A stretch of 64,000 nt of DNA from Hormiphora californensis (lineage: Eukaryota; Animalia; Ctenophora), in NCBI GenBank assembly GCA_020137815.1, contig CM035357.1, positions 3,906,001 through 3,970,000 on the forward strand, written 5' to 3'. A program made the translations under genes and the position numbers. The notes beneath the pieces were generated by a model. That model was not told where the DNA came from. It was given only the letters and a program-made list of their open reading frames with translations, and did no database searches. Shown here piece by piece: positions 61,712 to 64,000 of the stretch. Positions within the stretch are counted from its first letter, which is position 1; each line of letters starts with the position of its first letter.

Positions 61712-62582
61712 GAAGAAGAAGATTCCCGCATGGATATATATTCTGTGTGAAAAGACACTTTGAGCTGGGACTCGTCACGGTCTTTATTGATCAAGAGATA
61801 GAGAGAGAGAAAGATAAAGAGAGAAAGATAGAAAGAGATAGAGAGAGAGAGAGAGAGAGAGATAAAGAGAGAAAGATAGAGAGAGAAAGAGAGTTTTATA
61901 TTTACATGTGCGGAGCACCATGTGTTTTTATCAGACAGACCTGGAAATTATAGTATGGTAGAAGGGTCACAAGCTACAGTTGTAACGAAAACTGTATTGT
62001 TTAGTGGTATAGTATGAAAGATTTTGTAAACTATAGTTCAGTAGAAAGTACAGATACCTATGTGATTAATTTTATAGATTAGGGTGATTCATCATTCATG
62101 GGGAATGACAGAGAGTTGATTTATACTATTCATACATCCACTAAAATGTTTCTACTAATGTATAATATGTAATTGATTGAATATATCTATTAACTTTCTC
62201 AAATTAATATCATAGAGGGGTATCACTGCACAGTGAGAGAAGTAATGCAGTAGTGGTGATTTGACTGTTAGTGTTAATTGCTGACGAGGGAATTAACTTG
62301 GGCATATAATGACGATATGACCCTCTAATATTCGGTTGACGAGAGATTTATTAAAGCCTTTATATTGTAGAAAACAGATGGATTTATTCTTTTTACAAAA
62401 AAAATTCCGTGTTTTGGGCTCGTACCATTTAGAAAAATGTTGAACCGATCAAAAACGCGCAAAATCGAGAAAATCGTTCAACGTTTTTAGATCCATGGCC
62501 ATGAAACTTTGTCAATCTCAATTCTCGATCTCATGGATTGAAGAAAGCCGATCAGGCAACGACCAACCCTGAACCCTCCCCC

Positions 62583-62602
62583 CTCTCTTTCTCTCTCTCT
62601 CA

Positions 62603-62669
<67 letters not shown>

Positions 62670-62675
62670 TCTCTT
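62583..62675. repeat. (CT)n microsatellite
   Basis: Direct reading. Confidence 0.9.
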
Positions 62676-63246
62676 CCTGGATTCCCAGGCAATGAACCTG
62701 TCCCCACCCAGCACCAGCACCGCACGAACAGAGCTAAGCTGATTAGCCGCACCCATACATGTTTTCCCTGGCCCAATTTGCGAGTGATTTGGTAGAGAGT
62801 GAGGTAGAGAAGGAGAGAGTAAGAAAGAGAGAGAGATAGAATTATAAAGAGAGACGTAGAGAGTTAGAGTGAAATAGTAGGCCTCAGTACGAGAGAAAGA
62901 GAGAAAAAGAAGGAAATAAAGAAGCAAAAAAAGAAACAAGACTGGCTGCCGTTTTCCTGCTATACTTACACGACGCGTACTATCACGTAGTTGCCAGTTT
63001 CTCTCACTTTGCTCTCACTTTGTGCAGTAATTGCATTGCTCTCTCATCAGCCAGAATTCTCTTCTTAGTTAAAGTAACGATCTCTCCTACTCTCATCATC
63101 AATCCCTGGCCTGCTCTTGAACTAGCAGGAAATTAGTGCGAGAGAGAGAAATCTCATATTCCTGACACATTGTAACAAGCTTGTCTCGTGGCACATAAAT
63201 TGCTCTCTTTCTATCTCCGCTCCATTGTCATTCAGCTGCTGCCAAA

Positions 63247-63843
63247 ATGTCAACAACGACAACCTCATGTCCCTCGACAAGGAAACAGCCCTTGGCAACA
63301 TCTTGTGATGTCGAGGGGAGGTGCTGTTTAGATAAAGCCTCTTGTAGCAGCGACAGGTTAGAGTTCACACACCATATATGGGCATCACGTGACTTACAAA
63401 AAAGCCACACACAAGCCAGGACCGTCCCTGACTGTATATTTTATAACCTCTAGTCAGGCCAAATATGCTCTGACCACAGTTCTCATGCGCTCCGCCAATT
63501 GCAATGCTCTGACTGTATAACCTCCTCTAGGTTCCTCTGCATCAATTATCTGTCTGTCTGTGAGGATGGTTATTGCGGAGTCAGTAATTACACATCATCA
63601 GTCTGCTGTCCCACCTCCTCACAGGTAGTAACTAGTAAAATTCAGATCTGTTTTATCGATCTTAGCATCGCTAAAAAGCGTGTGACTTTACCACCTACCC
63701 CTACTTAGTGTTGTGTATCGGATGGGCGGTTATCATGCTGTGTTGAGACAGATATTTGGTGGAAATGGCCTGCTATCATCGCCAGCTCATCCTTCCTCTT
63801 TCTCACCCTCATTCTCCTCGCCATAACCTTTAGACATACTCGG
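63247..63843 (+). CDS. Partial gene: Cys-rich ectodomain plus one TM helix; continues beyond the window
   Basis: Exons 63236/63247-63356, 63531-63624 and 63709-63843 join in frame across GT-AG introns: ...GRCCLDKASCSSDRFLCINYLSVCEDGYCGVSNYTSSVCCPTSSQCCVSDGRLSCCVETDIWWKWPAIIASSSFLFLTLILLAITFRHTR. The start codon is uncertain. Confidence 0.65.
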
Positions 63844-64000
63844 GTAATGAACGTTTATTGTTTGTTTATCGTAGGGCGTATGTTTGTAGGGCGTATGTTT
63901 GTAGGGCGTATGTTTGTTTATCGTAGGGCGTTTTATATTAGGAAACAGTTTGAAGTTGACTTGTTGACAAAAACGATGACACGCTTTTTTTCTTTGCTCA

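Overview
Repeat-rich animal genomic DNA, most likely a ctenophore (inferred from gene style and repeat content, not proven). Nearly the whole window (153-61711, + strand) is the 3' part of one laminin-chain gene. I rebuilt 34 exons by hand with consistent phases (about 2130 aa). Its architecture is unusual: at least four tandem LF-like domains, LE repeats, an L4 domain, more LE repeats, a coiled coil with a beta-type knob, and a beta-type C-terminal Cys. Each of its five largest introns holds a nested gene: a 7TM receptor (-), a CHST-type sulfotransferase (-), a frameshifted secreted lectin-like gene (-), a PY-rich single-pass membrane protein (-), and a second 7TM receptor on the same (+) strand. 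Main observations: (1) a non-autonomous LTR element (37203-43260, TTTGG TSD) whose primer-binding site extends into a near-complete reverse copy of mature initiator tRNA-Met, with CCA, an A58-to-G change and truncation at position 9/10, and which carries an intronless GPATCH4-like copy; (2) an intact intron-containing gene inserted into a mariner-type palindromic element between 122-bp direct repeats, with an older ~150-bp direct repeat around the sulfotransferase block; (3) tandem repeats that copy splice sites. A Cys-rich membrane-protein gene starts near the right edge.
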